64,000 bases of DNA from Octopus vulgaris (taxonomy: Eukaryota): assembly GCA_951406725.2 (NCBI GenBank), contig OX597833.1, forward strand, positions 73,498,532-73,562,531. Reading direction: 5' to 3'. Position numbers and translations under genes: made by a program. Positions 50,112 to 62,907 of the stretch are shown here, piece by piece. Under the pieces are notes generated by a model, which ran no database searches, was not told the DNA's origin, and saw only the letters and a list, made by a program, of their open reading frames with translations. How positions within the stretch are numbered: the first letter of the stretch is position 1; each line of letters starts with the position of its first letter.

Positions 50112-52286
50112 CTAAGATAGACTGCAAAGAAAATTAAAAATATTCACAATGTCATCTCTGTGTCCACTTTGGCATTTCAATTGAGGAAAACTTTCTAAAT
50201 GTTTTGGAATTTCTATATCTTCATGGTTCCTGATCATAAAAATTTGACCAATTTTAGGTTGTCGATCTTCCATGATTTGTTTGGCATATTCAGTGTGGGT
50301 TAAAAACTCTGGTGATATAGTCTTTGAATGTTCTAAATAAATTCCAATATTGCAACTGTTTTCTAATATGGTACGAAGGTTTACAGTTTTATATTTTCCC
50401 AATATATAGTCACGATTACCAAATGTAACTTTTAACCCAAAGTATTTGTCTAGATTCATTCCAATGTTTTCAGCCAGTTCTTCAGAGTTTGGGGATGTTA
50501 AAATATAGATATCATAATGAAAGTTAGTTACGATGTCATTCTTTGAACATGCTAACCCCGGTTTAGCATTGGTTTCAGAGCCAAATCCAAAACAAAGCTC
50601 ATAACATTTTCTGAAGAACTCTTTGCTACAGTCAGGCTCTGTTTCTGTGAAATGCTTTCCTAAATTTACATAAATTTGTTTCATTAGCTTTACATCAACT
50701 TCATGGGGCTTAACTTCTGAAAACCTAAGACAAAGAAAAGCTTTAAAATATTGCTTATTTTTACAAAGTTTTCGTAACTTTCGTGATAATTCACTTTTAT
50801 CACAATCCACGAGAAGTTTATTATAAAGTTCTTCATCATCACGGAGTTCCTCTACTGACTCAATTAATTCCAACAGTTTTTCATTATACTCAATATACCC
50901 ATGCTCATACACATCAGTCATAATATCCTTTATTCCCCAAATGTCTTTCAGCTTCTTCTGGAAAGGAAGAAATTCTATAGCAGATTTAATAGCAAGGAAG
51001 AACCTATCTGTTCCATCGTCTCTAAATTCTCTTTTTAAGTCTTCATCATTTTCTTCTTCTGCTAGTATGAAATATAATCTTCCATACAAAATATGAAAAC
51101 TAACGTCTCGTATTTTAATATTTGTTTTAAATTGTTCACAACACTCCTGGGCATTTTCGTATTCTTTCAAAGCCAAATATAACAAAATCAAATCGTAGAG
51201 AACAGCTGCATTTTCTGGAGAAAGTTTAAGAGCTTCTTTAAAGTGATATTCTATTTTGCCAATGAATTCATTCCTTTCCAATTCAGGAATAGTTCTAGGA
51301 CATTTAATAAGTTTTCCAAGTGTATTTTCTTCCACAGAAAACTCCTTCTTTGCAGTGAAACATGTGAATTCTCGAATATGTATTTTTTGATAAGTTAATC
51401 CAAGATGATGATGAGAAAATGCTGTTGCATTTATTTCGATTGCTTTTACAAACAATTCTTTTGCTTTATCAAACTTATATAAAGTCTTATAAAATTTAGC
51501 ACACTTTTCCAAAACAAAACGGTCATCAGGGGCAAAATGAAGAGCTCTTTGAACATATTTTTCACTGAATTCCTGATTCTTCAGAATATTACATTTCCTT
51601 GAAGGTCTCAATTTAAACAAAGCTAATAATGCTAACGTTTGCCCCATTAGGATCTTGTCAATACAGCGAGGAAAAGCACATCGTATTTTCTCTAAGTACT
51701 GTACTGCCTCTGTATTAATTTTGCGTTTTTTTTCTTCATCAGAGATCTTTCTTAAACAACGATACTGTAACAAAGCTACACCAAATAGACATGAATAATT
51801 GTCTGGACAAACATTAGAAGCCTCTTTGTAAAGTAGGATAGCCCTCTCATAATCATTGAATGATATTCTTCTTAAACAATAAGCAACATTCATTTTACCT
51901 TCTGCTTCTATCTGTTGGAAATCTTCTCTTTTTTCAAGATTGTTAAGATAAACCATAACCTCTTTTAACTTATTTATATTTTCATTGTACAGATGAATGA
52001 ATGCAAGATTGGTTAATGCCAAGAGGTTGTCTGGATTAGTTTCTCGAACTTCATTGGCTAATCTTTCAGCTTCAATATTCTTATTTAGCTCCCACTGAAT
52101 AAACACCAAGGTATTCTTGTGGTGAATCTCATCTTCTAAACCAGACACAGTATCGTTACTTAATGAATTTTCCAGTTTTTTGTAAAGAGACAACCAATGA
52201 TCTTTGGTGTAGTGAAAATATTCTCCCATTAAATTCGGAAATCTCTGAATTTTTTCTCTGTACAATTCTCTTCTGCTTTCGTCATC
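50112..52286 (-). CDS. Exon 2 of IFIT-like TPR-TIR gene, copy B (intact; 741 aa with exon 1)
   Basis: 724 open codons after acceptor ttttctttcag|GATGAC; IFIT-like motifs DYERAI.LYKEA..CPDN..LFGVALLQYR and EKYVQRAL..VLEKCAKFYK..DKAKELFVKAIE..FSHHHLGLTY; TIR-like YDIYILTS, GLKVTFGNRDYILG, ILENS..IGIYL. Confidence 0.88.
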   Translation of the reverse strand, partial: DDESRRELYREKIQRFPNLMGEYFHYTKDHWLSLYKKLENSLSNDTVSGLEDEIHHKNTLVFIQWELNKNIEAERLANEVRETNPDNLLALTNLAFIHLYNENINKLKEVMVYLNNLEKREDFQQIEAEGKMNVAYCLRRISFNDYERAILLYKEASNVCPDNYSCLFGVALLQYRCLRKISDEEKKRKINTEAVQYLEKIRCAFPRCIDKILMGQTLALLALFKLRPSRKCNILKNQEFSEKYVQRALHFAPDDRFVLEKCAKFYKTLYKFDKAKELFVKAIEINATAFSHHHLGLTYQKIHIREFTCFTAKKEFSVEENTLGKLIKCPRTIPELERNEFIGKIEYHFKEALKLSPENAAVLYDLILLYLALKEYENAQECCEQFKTNIKIRDVSFHILYGRLYFILAEEENDEDLKREFRDDGTDRFFLAIKSAIEFLPFQKKLKDIWGIKDIMTDVYEHGYIEYNEKLLELIESVEELRDDEELYNKLLVDCDKSELSRKLRKLCKNKQYFKAFLCLRFSEVKPHEVDVKLMKQIYVNLGKHFTETEPDCSKEFFRKCYELCFGFGSETNAKPGLACSKNDIVTNFHYDIYILTSPNSEELAENIGMNLDKYFGLKVTFGNRDYILGKYKTVNLRTILENSCNIGIYLEHSKTISPEFLTHTEYAKQIMEDRQPKIGQIFMIRNHEDIEIPKHLESFPQLKCQSGHRDDIVNIFNFLCSLS

Positions 52287-55200
52287 CTGAAAGAAAAACA
52301 AAATAGTGAATATGTATAAAATGTGTATTAAAAAAAGCATCACCATTATCGTTGGCAAGATTCCAGGTTACTGAGACAAGGCTAAACCCTCCAAGTTAGA
52401 TAAGGCTGATGCAGTGGAAGTTCATTTGGGGTTCCAGAGTTTGATGCCTTTCAAAAAAAATACTGTCACCAGAAATGGAATTCCAGATGACAGCAGTTTT
52501 GTGGAAGAAGGATTGGTTTAGTACTTACTAACGTCTGTGTGTGTGCATGCATGATTGCTACATGGCTCTGTATGTATGTAGGTCAGGGGGTCATTGAGTA
52601 GCGGAGTCTTGTAGAGGGTCAGCAACTATTACCATCATTTTTTATCAAACTGATGCAACACTAGAAATACTTTCAATGAGATTCCAGAAAACCTTCTCTC
52701 ATGTTTAAGAGACATGTTTTCTTTTTGGTCTTTCATCCAAAAATGTTATAGCTCCTCTCCCTTCTCCTCTTGCCATTCCTCATTACACTCTTGTTTTCAG
52801 TTTTCATATAATTCAAGGCTCTCTCTTTACCACTACTACTACTACTGCCACCACCACTGAGACCTCTGCTCTTCCATGCTTGTTATTTCTATCCATGCCC
52901 ACCTGACTTACACATCTCTCCTCCTCCTCCTCACTTCATCATACTCTCTCTCTACAAAGAAACTTATCTATTTCTTACAATACATACCAATCTATACATC
53001 AAAATCAAAATTTTTTCAGGGGTCCTTAAAATATTATTGTGAATTCCAAATTTACTATTTTATTACGTGGACCCCCCAAAATTCTTCTATGGACTCTCAG
53101 GGACCACATGGACCCCAGTTGAGAAGCACTACTCTAGACCATCATACAAAATCTTTACTTAGAAAGCATAGCCCCAGTCAAAGAGTCTGCCAAAGCAATG
53201 GATTAAACATAATTAGAACGAATATGAAGGATTCTCCCTGAAATTATTTTATGATCCTTCAGATTAACCATCAGTTTTTTTAGTTTCTTCAAATGTCCAC
53301 CAGGAAATAGATGTCTGACCAAAAACATTGTATAGAAATGTAATGTTAAAACTAATCTACACACGTTCACTTATGTAGATACCACTTCTTCCAACTTTAA
53401 ATTGTAATCGTCTTCATACATTTAGAAAGTGGGAATAAAACGATAACAACTCCCACAAAAGTCTGGGAGTTAAATGCTAAACCTTTTGTCAGTGATAGAC
53501 ATGACTGCAATCTTTACTGTTTGGAAATGTGGGAAATCTTAAAATCATTTAAATTAAAATCTAGTCTAGATTGGCTGCATTAAGAATCAAATGCCTACGT
53601 TTTATCTTTATAATTTCCTTATACTTTAAACCAGTTCTATAAACCAGTTTTGAGCACTATGTACATATCTATAACACTACAATATAGACTTTAATTAATA
53701 TTAATAAGATTCATGGATTATATTCAAGTAGTCAAGCATATTTTAATACTATTAATACTAATAACTGATCCTATTTAAGCTACTTTCGTGCACCCTTAGT
53801 CCTGACACCAAATACTGATGATTGTAATTTGATATGATTTATAACTTAATAACTTCATTCAGTTTCCTACTAATCTTAGGTGGTCTCTTTATAATGTTTG
53901 CTTTTTCCTCCCTAGTTATGCCCTTTCTAATTCTTTATAATTTGTTATAATCCTTAAAATTCATTTACCATTTTTTAACGTTTACGGTCCCCATAATTTT
54001 TCATTATTAGTGACCTGACCCATCTTCTTGCAGGATTTCAATTCAGTTGCTTTATTCTCCACAATTATATGACAAAACTGGTTAATAGAAATGTTGGGAG
54101 GGTAACCAATGGGTCTCAATCCTCAGTGAGATTGGCAGACTGGGCGGAGGAGACTGTTACTGAGGTCCCACGGTGAGGAAGGCAGTACCAGTAGGCATTG
54201 TGGAGTGCCTAGAACATGACGACACGCTATGGAACAAAGGAGCCAAATCAAACTGGGAATTCCAGGGGAATTTCCCTGCTTTCCGTTGATGGAAAAATCC
54301 TGGCCCACATCTTTTTCAATATTCTCATCAACAACATCTCCAAGAGCGACTCGCCTGAAGCCCAGTGTGGCTTCTGCCCAGGCCACAGCACCATGGACAT
54401 GGTGTTTGCTGTGCGTCAAGTTAAGGAGAAATGTATTGAACAACGGATGGATTTATACTCTGTGTTCATAGACCTGACCAAAGCTTTTTGGATCATGCTA
54501 ACCAAGCATGGCTGCCCACACAAGTTCACCACACTGATAAGACTCTTTCATGGCAATATGAGCAGTGAAGTTTTTTTGCAATGGTGACCACACCAACTCT
54601 TGACATTGGGGCACGAAACAGGGCTGAGTGCTCACCCCCATCTTGTTCAATTTGTTCTTCACACAGGTCCTGCTTTACACAGTGAAAGACCTAAACCTGG
54701 GCATATACATCAAAATATCATTCAGACTGGTCTGTTTTTCCTCCTCCACTCACTCTCTGCTGGAACCAAGACACTGGAAAAGCTCATCACAGAAGCCCTA
54801 TTTACAAATGACAGTGTACTTAGGGCACACAAGGAAAATCACCTGCAGACCATTGTTGATCACTTTGCAGAAGCATGAAAGCTTTTTGGACAGATCATCA
54901 GCCTTGACAAAACGGAGACCCTAGTCCAAGCAGCACCAAACACATTTCACTCCAGCCAAACACCACCATTGAGGGAGTCCAGCTTAAGTGTGTGGAGAGT
55001 TTCAGGTACCTTGGTAGCACAGTCTCAGCCGATGGATCATTGAACAGTGAAACATTATCCAGAATCCGCAATGCCAGTTAAGAAGCACTTGGAAGACTGA
55101 AAATGAAAGTCGTCCAGCAGAAAGGCATCAGACGATCGACAAAGCTCAAGATCTACAAGGCTGTAGTCATTTCTACACAATTCTATAGAGGGCAAGCATG

Positions 55201-56814
55201 GGCCCCCTGGCATCAGCACATCAAACAGCTGGAACAGTTTCACACAAGAGCATTCACTGGTAGGACAGTGTGACAAACCAACAAAAGTTTGTTCAACAAG
55301 CATTCAGTTAATGTTGCTGAAGGCTCAGTTATACTGGACTGACCATGTCATCAGAATGGCTGACAACTGTGTACTCAGACAGCTGTTCTACAGTGATTTC
55401 ATGCAGGGCTCATACAAACCAGGAAGGCCTAAACTGAGGTACCAAGGCACCCTGAAAAGTAACCTAATTATCTTGAGACTAGCAAGAGAAAGACATCATA
55501 GGACAGCATCCACCTCAATTCAGTCAATAGACTACTGATGTGATATCTGTGTGCTTCCAGTTTGGGATTGGGAAGTCACGTGTGCTCTCATCACTGTGAA
55601 CACAGACTTTGTCATCATTAGATACCTATGGACTGCCTTTCATAAATTATTTTGTTTTCCTTTCCTCTGAAATTTTGCAGAGACTTTCACTATTCCTTGC
55701 ATTCTTTTTGCTAAAGTTATTTTCCCTGTGTAATAATTAGCTGGATTGGCCTTAATTAAAGTTAATAGTTTGTTAGTTCTCCAATAATTAACCAGAGCAC
55801 TTTAATCATGAGGAATTAATTAAAAGAATAAGTCAAACTGGAATTTATTAACCATATCATTCTGGTGCCCTAAACAATCTCACTCAGTAAAGGACTAATT
55901 TTGTCTTTTTGAGAACATCAGCAACTGGCTTCGAAAATGTTACGAGAGGGTCAAACGTCATGCTTTTGGTACCTGCTATCTGTTGGGCTATAAGCCTGAT
56001 GTGACCAGTACCAGCTTTTAGGAGTAATGCTGCAACATTTAATGACACCTTTAGAACTGATCTGCCATTTAGCTATTCTATAATTGACAACTTCTTTCTA
56101 TTCTTCACTCGTGGAATTGACTGATTGTAGTACCATCCACTTTAAGGTAAGATCAACAACAAAAGTGTTCCATTGTGTGAGAGCTAAATATCACTCAATG
56201 TACACAGGTAAATGTACATTCTAGTTTTATATCTGTATACCAAAATACATTAAATAATACACACACACACACACACAACAACTTTACCCATAGAAAGAGT
56301 GGCAAAATTACTTGAGTTTATGTGAAACTGGATCAACGTGTGGTGTTGTCCCAATTTCAGCCAGCCTCCAAGTGTGCACATCTGGAAGCCATTACACAAA
56401 AGTATATGAGATGTGAATATCGATCTATTTAACCATGTGACTTCCATATGATTCTGACCATTTCTCAATCTTCTTTATTTAGTATTAATTCCAGTATTCA
56501 AGACATTACGTGTGCATGATTGCAGTAATATGTATGTTATGCATTGTACAAGAGAAATGTACATTCCCAACTGAAAGTAAAGAAAGAAAGCTAGCTCATC
56601 AGATCAGCAGAACATCATGGTTACAGCATAGTTCTATCAGCAGTTCAACTCTAAATACACACACGGAACTCATTCATTTAGAATTCTTACAAAAACTGGT
56701 ATTGCAAATAGAGATGCTATAGAAACAATTCTAACTTTTAATTAGAGACAGGTAAAAGAATTGTCTCTGTCTTCTTCTTTTCATTGGTATATATATATAT
56801 ATATATATATATAT

Positions 56815-56975
56815 TCATCATCATCATCATCATTTAGCGTCCGCTTTCCATGCTAGCATGGGTTGGACGGTTCAACTGGGGTCTGTGAAGCCAGGAGGCT
56901 GCATCAGGCCCAGTCTGATCTGGCAGTGTTTCTACGGCTGGATGCCCTTCCTAACGCCAACCACTCCGTGAGTGT

Positions 56976-56977
<2 letters not shown>
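56815..56977 (-). mobile_element. 5'-truncated SINE/RTE-tail insertion specific to copy B
   Basis: Absent at 29145-29157 in copy A; (GAT)n tail; inserted in (TA)n. Confidence 0.85.
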
Positions 56978-57020
<43 letters not shown>

Positions 57021-57225
57021 CCCTCTAAAGAAACTGTCCAACATTTGAGTCGGTGTTTGAGGTATAAGGACACAGCTGTGTGCCGGAAGCCAGCTGAAAA
57101 ACATGTTTTCCGGGGGATAAAAAAAGGTAGTAATATTGTCCTAATTGGGACTGCCAATTTACGTTGACAAATAGATTTTACTCCCTCCCTTTCTCTCTCT
57201 CTCTCTCTCCTTCTCTCTCTCTCTT

Positions 57226-57256
<31 letters not shown>

Positions 57257-57526
57257 CAATATGGAACAAATAATTCCCCAGGAATTTTCACACTGGTGAC
57301 TGCCATGATTCGGTGCAAAACAAATCATGATGCGTTGGGGCTCTATATCATGGTAACGTATGCTGAGGAAGGTGAGACTATAATGCCAGTCTAGAAACCA
57401 GTCCATGTGAGTTCAAATACTTGAATGCATGCTGAGATTGTCTTAGCCCGTTTGCCTTTGGATGGTTGATTTCTGTAGTTGTTATCAGCAGGTAGACATA
57501 CTTAGTATGTCCTTTGATTAATTTTA

Positions 57527-57573
<47 letters not shown>

Positions 57574-58935
57574 TACAAATATGGAGATAAAGATTTTCAA
57601 GCACAGAATAATGCATGAAAAGTATCGTATCCTTATATTGCAGAAAAATTTGTCAGCAGCCAGCCATGAGACTTGAACACTCATCTCTGTGATTACCAGT
57701 CAAGCACTTTATCTTTAAGCTAAGCTGCCCAGTGACAAATTTTTCTGCAATTTTTAAACTTATAAACTTAGCTTTTTTATAGACGCTGCATGTGAAATTC
57801 AGATTACATTATATGTAGACAAAGTTTGCTTTATTGGAAGTGTTGAGATGTATTGAGACAGACACATATGGAGAGAAATATTTTCAAGTGCAGAATAAAG
57901 CATGAACAGTGTTAATAGCATAATATCGCTGTTCAAGCATTATTCTTAAAGGTAAAGCAAATAACTTTCACCCCTCCCTGTTCCCTTAATATAAAACTAA
58001 CATTGGTTAAGGATTCCTATCATTCCTAGACAAACACTTTTCAGCCACTCACAGATACAGGAAAATATTTAATAGGCTTTCTGTGAAATTATCATATAGC
58101 CCCAACTGCAACTGTCACGACCCAGGATCCTCTCCACTTAACCAACGCTGTGCGACTAAACCTATCTTATATGAGGCAGAAGTTTCTGCAACCCGAAACA
58201 ATAATACAACTGATGAGAAGACGTCTACTGGATTATGTGAAAGAATTTAGAAAGCACTCATGCCAGTCATATAGCCTCCTCCTCCTCCTCCTCCTCCTGA
58301 CATAGGGACAAAATGAAAACTACAAAATTCGCTAGCTACGTATGGACTTTGAAAGATATTGAAACACTTCATGTGATTAAATGGAAAGTAATCCATACTT
58401 GATGTGAAGGGATCGAATGAATGTAGACTTTGTTTGGCTGAAAGAGCACAGATCCTGTTCTGATCTAAGATCCTAACTCTCTATTGAACTCCAGGTCAGG
58501 AATTTTCACTGCTTGCACGCATATGTATAAATACATTTTAAAGAATTGGAAAATTCTGCCTATTCCTGACCGACTTGATATCTTTCCAGCCTTATCCTTT
58601 AAGGTCAAAGGAGGAGGTTTGCTCTTTTACCTTTTTACTTTTTATTTTGGACATTTTAGTTTCAGTTTTTCTCTTTTCCTTTTTCTCTCGTTTACTGTCT
58701 GTGTTTTCTATAAGCTGCCTTCTCAGTTTATTTTGCATTTCTTCTATCATTCAATTTCTTTAGTTCGTTTGTGCCTGAAGGATATGTTTGAGTTCTCTCC
58801 ACATATGAAACTATTAGTAGGGTTTTAATGCATCTATTGTGACCTTTAAATAAATAATATTTATCTCTCACCAGATGAAGTACTTTTTTTTGTTGAATTT
58901 TCTTCACGGATCAGTACATTATATATATATATATA

Positions 58936-60205
58936 CGAGGGGCGTTCAATAAGTAATGCCCCTGACCCACTTGCAGTTGTTTGATCTAGCTGAAATTTTG
59001 CATGAGCACTTATTTATACCTCTATAGATTAAGTGGCGAATTACAGCTCTGAACTAATTGTGGTTTCTGATTTACAGGTGTTTGAACTGAGTCAAGTGTG
59101 AAATGGAGCCTGTTGAGTGTCGAGCAGTGATCTGGTTTTTGTATTTGAAAGGACGCACACCACGGGAGACTTTTGATGAAATGAAAGTAACTTATGGTGA
59201 TGATGCCCCATCATATGACCTTGTAAAACGCTGGCATCGTGAATTCAAACATAGTCGGAACTCTGTGGAAACAGCTCCCAGATCTGGTTGCCCCCTTCTG
59301 CCGTTGATGAGACGTCTGTCCGTCAAGTTGAGGCTGCCATTTTGGAAGGTCAATGCATAACTATTCGCCAAATAGCCCATAAGGTCAAGATTAGTACCGG
59401 GTCTGTGGAAACTATCATTCATGACCATTTGCATATGCAAAAGGTGTCTGCCAGATGGATTTCCAGGTTGCTCACATCTTTCCAGAAGCAAGAATGCGTT
59501 GAGTGCTCGAGGATGAATTTGGAGATGTGCCAAGAAGATGAGTCAAAATTTTTCAAAAGACTGATCACACAGGATAAAACCTGGGTCCATCACTATGACC
59601 CATAGACCAAAGCCCAGTCAATGCAGTGAAAGCACCGTGACTCACCTCCTCCAAAGAAGGCAAGGGTGCAGCCCTCCGCTGACAAGGTTATGCTCACAGT
59701 CTTCTGGGACCAGGACGGAGTAGTGATGACAGATTTCCTGGCAAAGGGTACCACAATTACAGGAGCCTATTATGCTTCACTTTTGAGGAAATTAAGAGAA
59801 GCTATCAAAATCAAGAGGCGGAGCTAGATCAGCAAAGGCATCCTCCTCCTGCAGGACAACGCTCCGGTCCACAACTCGCGTGTCGCCAGATCAGAAGCAC
59901 AGGCGTGCAGCTATGAACACCTCCCCTTGCACCCTCTGATTTTCACCACTTCCCAGCCATGAAGTTGATTTTGAAAGGAAAGCGTTTCCCAGATGATACA
60001 GCCTTGATTTCTGAAGTCACGTCGTGGTTGGAGGACCATGCTGGGGTCTTCTACAAAAACGGTCTCCAGAGCTGTATCAAACGATGGGAGAAATGCATAA
60101 CTCTGGGTAGTTCCTATGTAGGAAAAGACTAATAACTGTGCCAAGTTTTGTTGCTCTACTGCTATGGGAAGTGGGTCAGGGGCATTACTTATTGAACGCC
60201 CCTCG
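58936..60205 (+). mobile_element. Mariner transposon (copy B)
   Basis: Same TIRs and 1270-bp length as 31141-32410. Confidence 0.95.
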
Positions 60206-60237
<32 letters not shown>

Positions 60238-61029
60238 TATAATTACAACAAATATATTACATCTTGGACACAGAGTCTTCAATAACGTTTTTTGTTACTC
60301 CCCTGAATCAGAGGGTAAAATAAACCCTTATAGACCCAACGAGGCCTGACTAGGAAATGGAGAGATCCAATTTTCCAGTAAGCAGCACATGAAGTGGATG
60401 CGTTTAGAAAACACTTCTTTACAGCTAGTTAATGTGCCAGGTTTCTTATAGTCCTTAAGAATTTTGGCTCTCTCTGCAACGACCACTTCCATTAATATAC
60501 AGGCCCCAGATGATTGATTAATTTCCACCTGATGTCACATGGCGTCCCTTGTTCTTTGAGGTGCCAATGACATGACAAGCCGTCTTTCTGGGACTCTGAT
60601 GGTGGTTAAGAAAACATTGCTTGAACAAAGTACTAGCAGAACCAATATACTATTCACACCCTTGGTAATATATGGCATGGGTCTGGTCATCCCATCAGTG
60701 TCAAAGATAAATATTTGGTCATCTTCTGAGGTGGCAAAACTGGGAAAGGCGGATACCTCCTCCAAGCTGCTGGTCCTGAATAGGTCATTATTTCTAGGTG
60801 TGGTGTTTGTACTGGTGGTAACATACATTGTGGGCCTCGAGTTCTGAGCGTTTTCTCACGTCTGCGACATAGATATTTTAAATTTTGTATTTATGTAGAG
60901 TCTGACGAGCTGTCCACAAGGCTTTGCTTTGTGGATGCAAAACCTTGCGTAAGTCTATGTCCAAGATATAAAATTTCTGCTGTAACAATTACTGCTCTAT
61001 TCTTTAAAGTGTGCTTCTTTCTGATATAT

Positions 61030-61079
<50 letters not shown>

Positions 61080-62182
61080 TTATTAACTATATAATCAATA
61101 AAAACATATATCAGAAAAGAAGCACATTCTAAAGAATGGAGCAGTAATTATGACGACAAATATTTTAATTTTAGACAAAGAGTTACCAAAGGCTGCGTAT
61201 CCACAAAGCCAAAGCCTTGTGGACAGCTCATCAGACTAGACAAAGGCAAAAAACATTTAACTTTCTACGTGGCGGACGTTAAGGAAAAGCTCAGAAATCG
61301 AGATTTAAGTCTTAACATCTCAAAATGGTAATGAGGAAGGGTTGTCTCCCCTGAAGCAGAGGATTAAAACACCGTTAAAGACCCGGAAAAGCCCTTACAG
61401 ACCCGAAAACACCCTTACAGACCCGAAAACACCCTTACAGACCCGAAAAGGCCCAATCAGACAAACGGGGAAATCTCTAATTTTCCAGTTGTTTGCACTT
61501 GAAGTGGACACATTTAAAGAAAACTTGTTCTAAATAAATGTGTGTAAAGTGGATGGATTCTCTTCTCTTCCTTGTTGTTGACTTTGCTTTTGTCAAGTGT
61601 CAGATATTTTTTCGTCTTCCTCGGCAATTCTAATGAGAATTTTATGACCAGCTCCGATAGTAAACTTTCGGGAACTTTATTCATTCATGTTTGTTTTTTC
61701 TTGGTTAAAGTCAGTTAGGTGCAGTTGTTTCCTTCTTGGGGAGTTTCTGTCTACTAATTACTTCGATTATCTCAACAGACCAAAGGTTTCGTGCGTTCGA
61801 ATGCGCAAAGGATGTGGATTGGTTATTTTGACATTTCAAACTTTTCTATGGCACTAATCCTGTAAGAAACACACGATTATTTCTTCCCACATACTTACAC
61901 GCACCACATGTCTAGACATGCAAGTGTTATGCACAAAGATGCATACAAATGCCAAATCGGCACAATTTCCAGGTAGAATATTTTATCTGTCATTGCTTCG
62001 CAGCTGTTTTGATGGCGTGTTTTATGTGTTTCTTTCTTGTTTTCATCTGCCACACACACTTTGATATCCAAGACCGACTTTCATTCTCTTCACAGCTTCC
62101 GTCACCGACACACACACACACACACACAGTCATTCACACACGTACACAGATATATATATATACATATATATATATACATATA

Positions 62183-62641
62183 TAAATCCTTAAATCCTTA
62201 AAAATGTTTTTTAGCTCGAAGGCCGCGGCCATGCTGGGGCACCACCGCTGAATGAGACTACACTAGTTTGTGAATCCACCTCTGATACGTGGCACTTGAT
62301 CAATACAAGGAGAGTTCGAATGCTGCTGCCCGCATCCGTGTCTCCTGTCGTGAGGTAGGTTCATCTGGGACTCCCCAACAAGAAGAGATCCAGTTTAGTT
62401 TTAAAAGAAACCCACATCCACACCATGTAAGTCTCTCAGGCATTTAGGGAGGATGTTAAAGAGCTGTGGTCCTCTGAAACCCAAGCTGTTGCAGTATCTG
62501 GACCTGTATTTTGATGGTGATGTTGGAATCCTTGGCACCACGCAGCGGCGCCCGTTCTGCGGTTGGAGTAACTTTGAATGCCAAAGTTTGGGACAAGACC
62601 CTCCAGGATTTTCCAGATGTATATCACTGCATATCTCTCCC

Positions 62642-62645
<4 letters not shown>
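62183..62645 (-). mobile_element. 5'-truncated CR1-group LINE insertion specific to copy B
   Basis: ERYAVIYIWKILEGLVPN, RGPQLFNILPKCLR, FKTKLDLFL..VPDEP; (TTTAAGGA)n-like tail; absent at ~34630-34690 in copy A. Confidence 0.88.
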
Positions 62646-62706
<61 letters not shown>

Positions 62707-62907
62707 AATCTGTTTTATGCTTTATATGTTTTTGTTAGTATTGTTATATTTAAAGAATTATTGAAATAAACTTGTTATACATACATATCTATACACACGT
62801 ACAAACATACATACATGCCTACATACACACGTACATATACATACCTACACACTAAACAACACAGAGTTAATATTTGTTCATGTTTGTAAATATGTTGATA
62901 TACTTAC

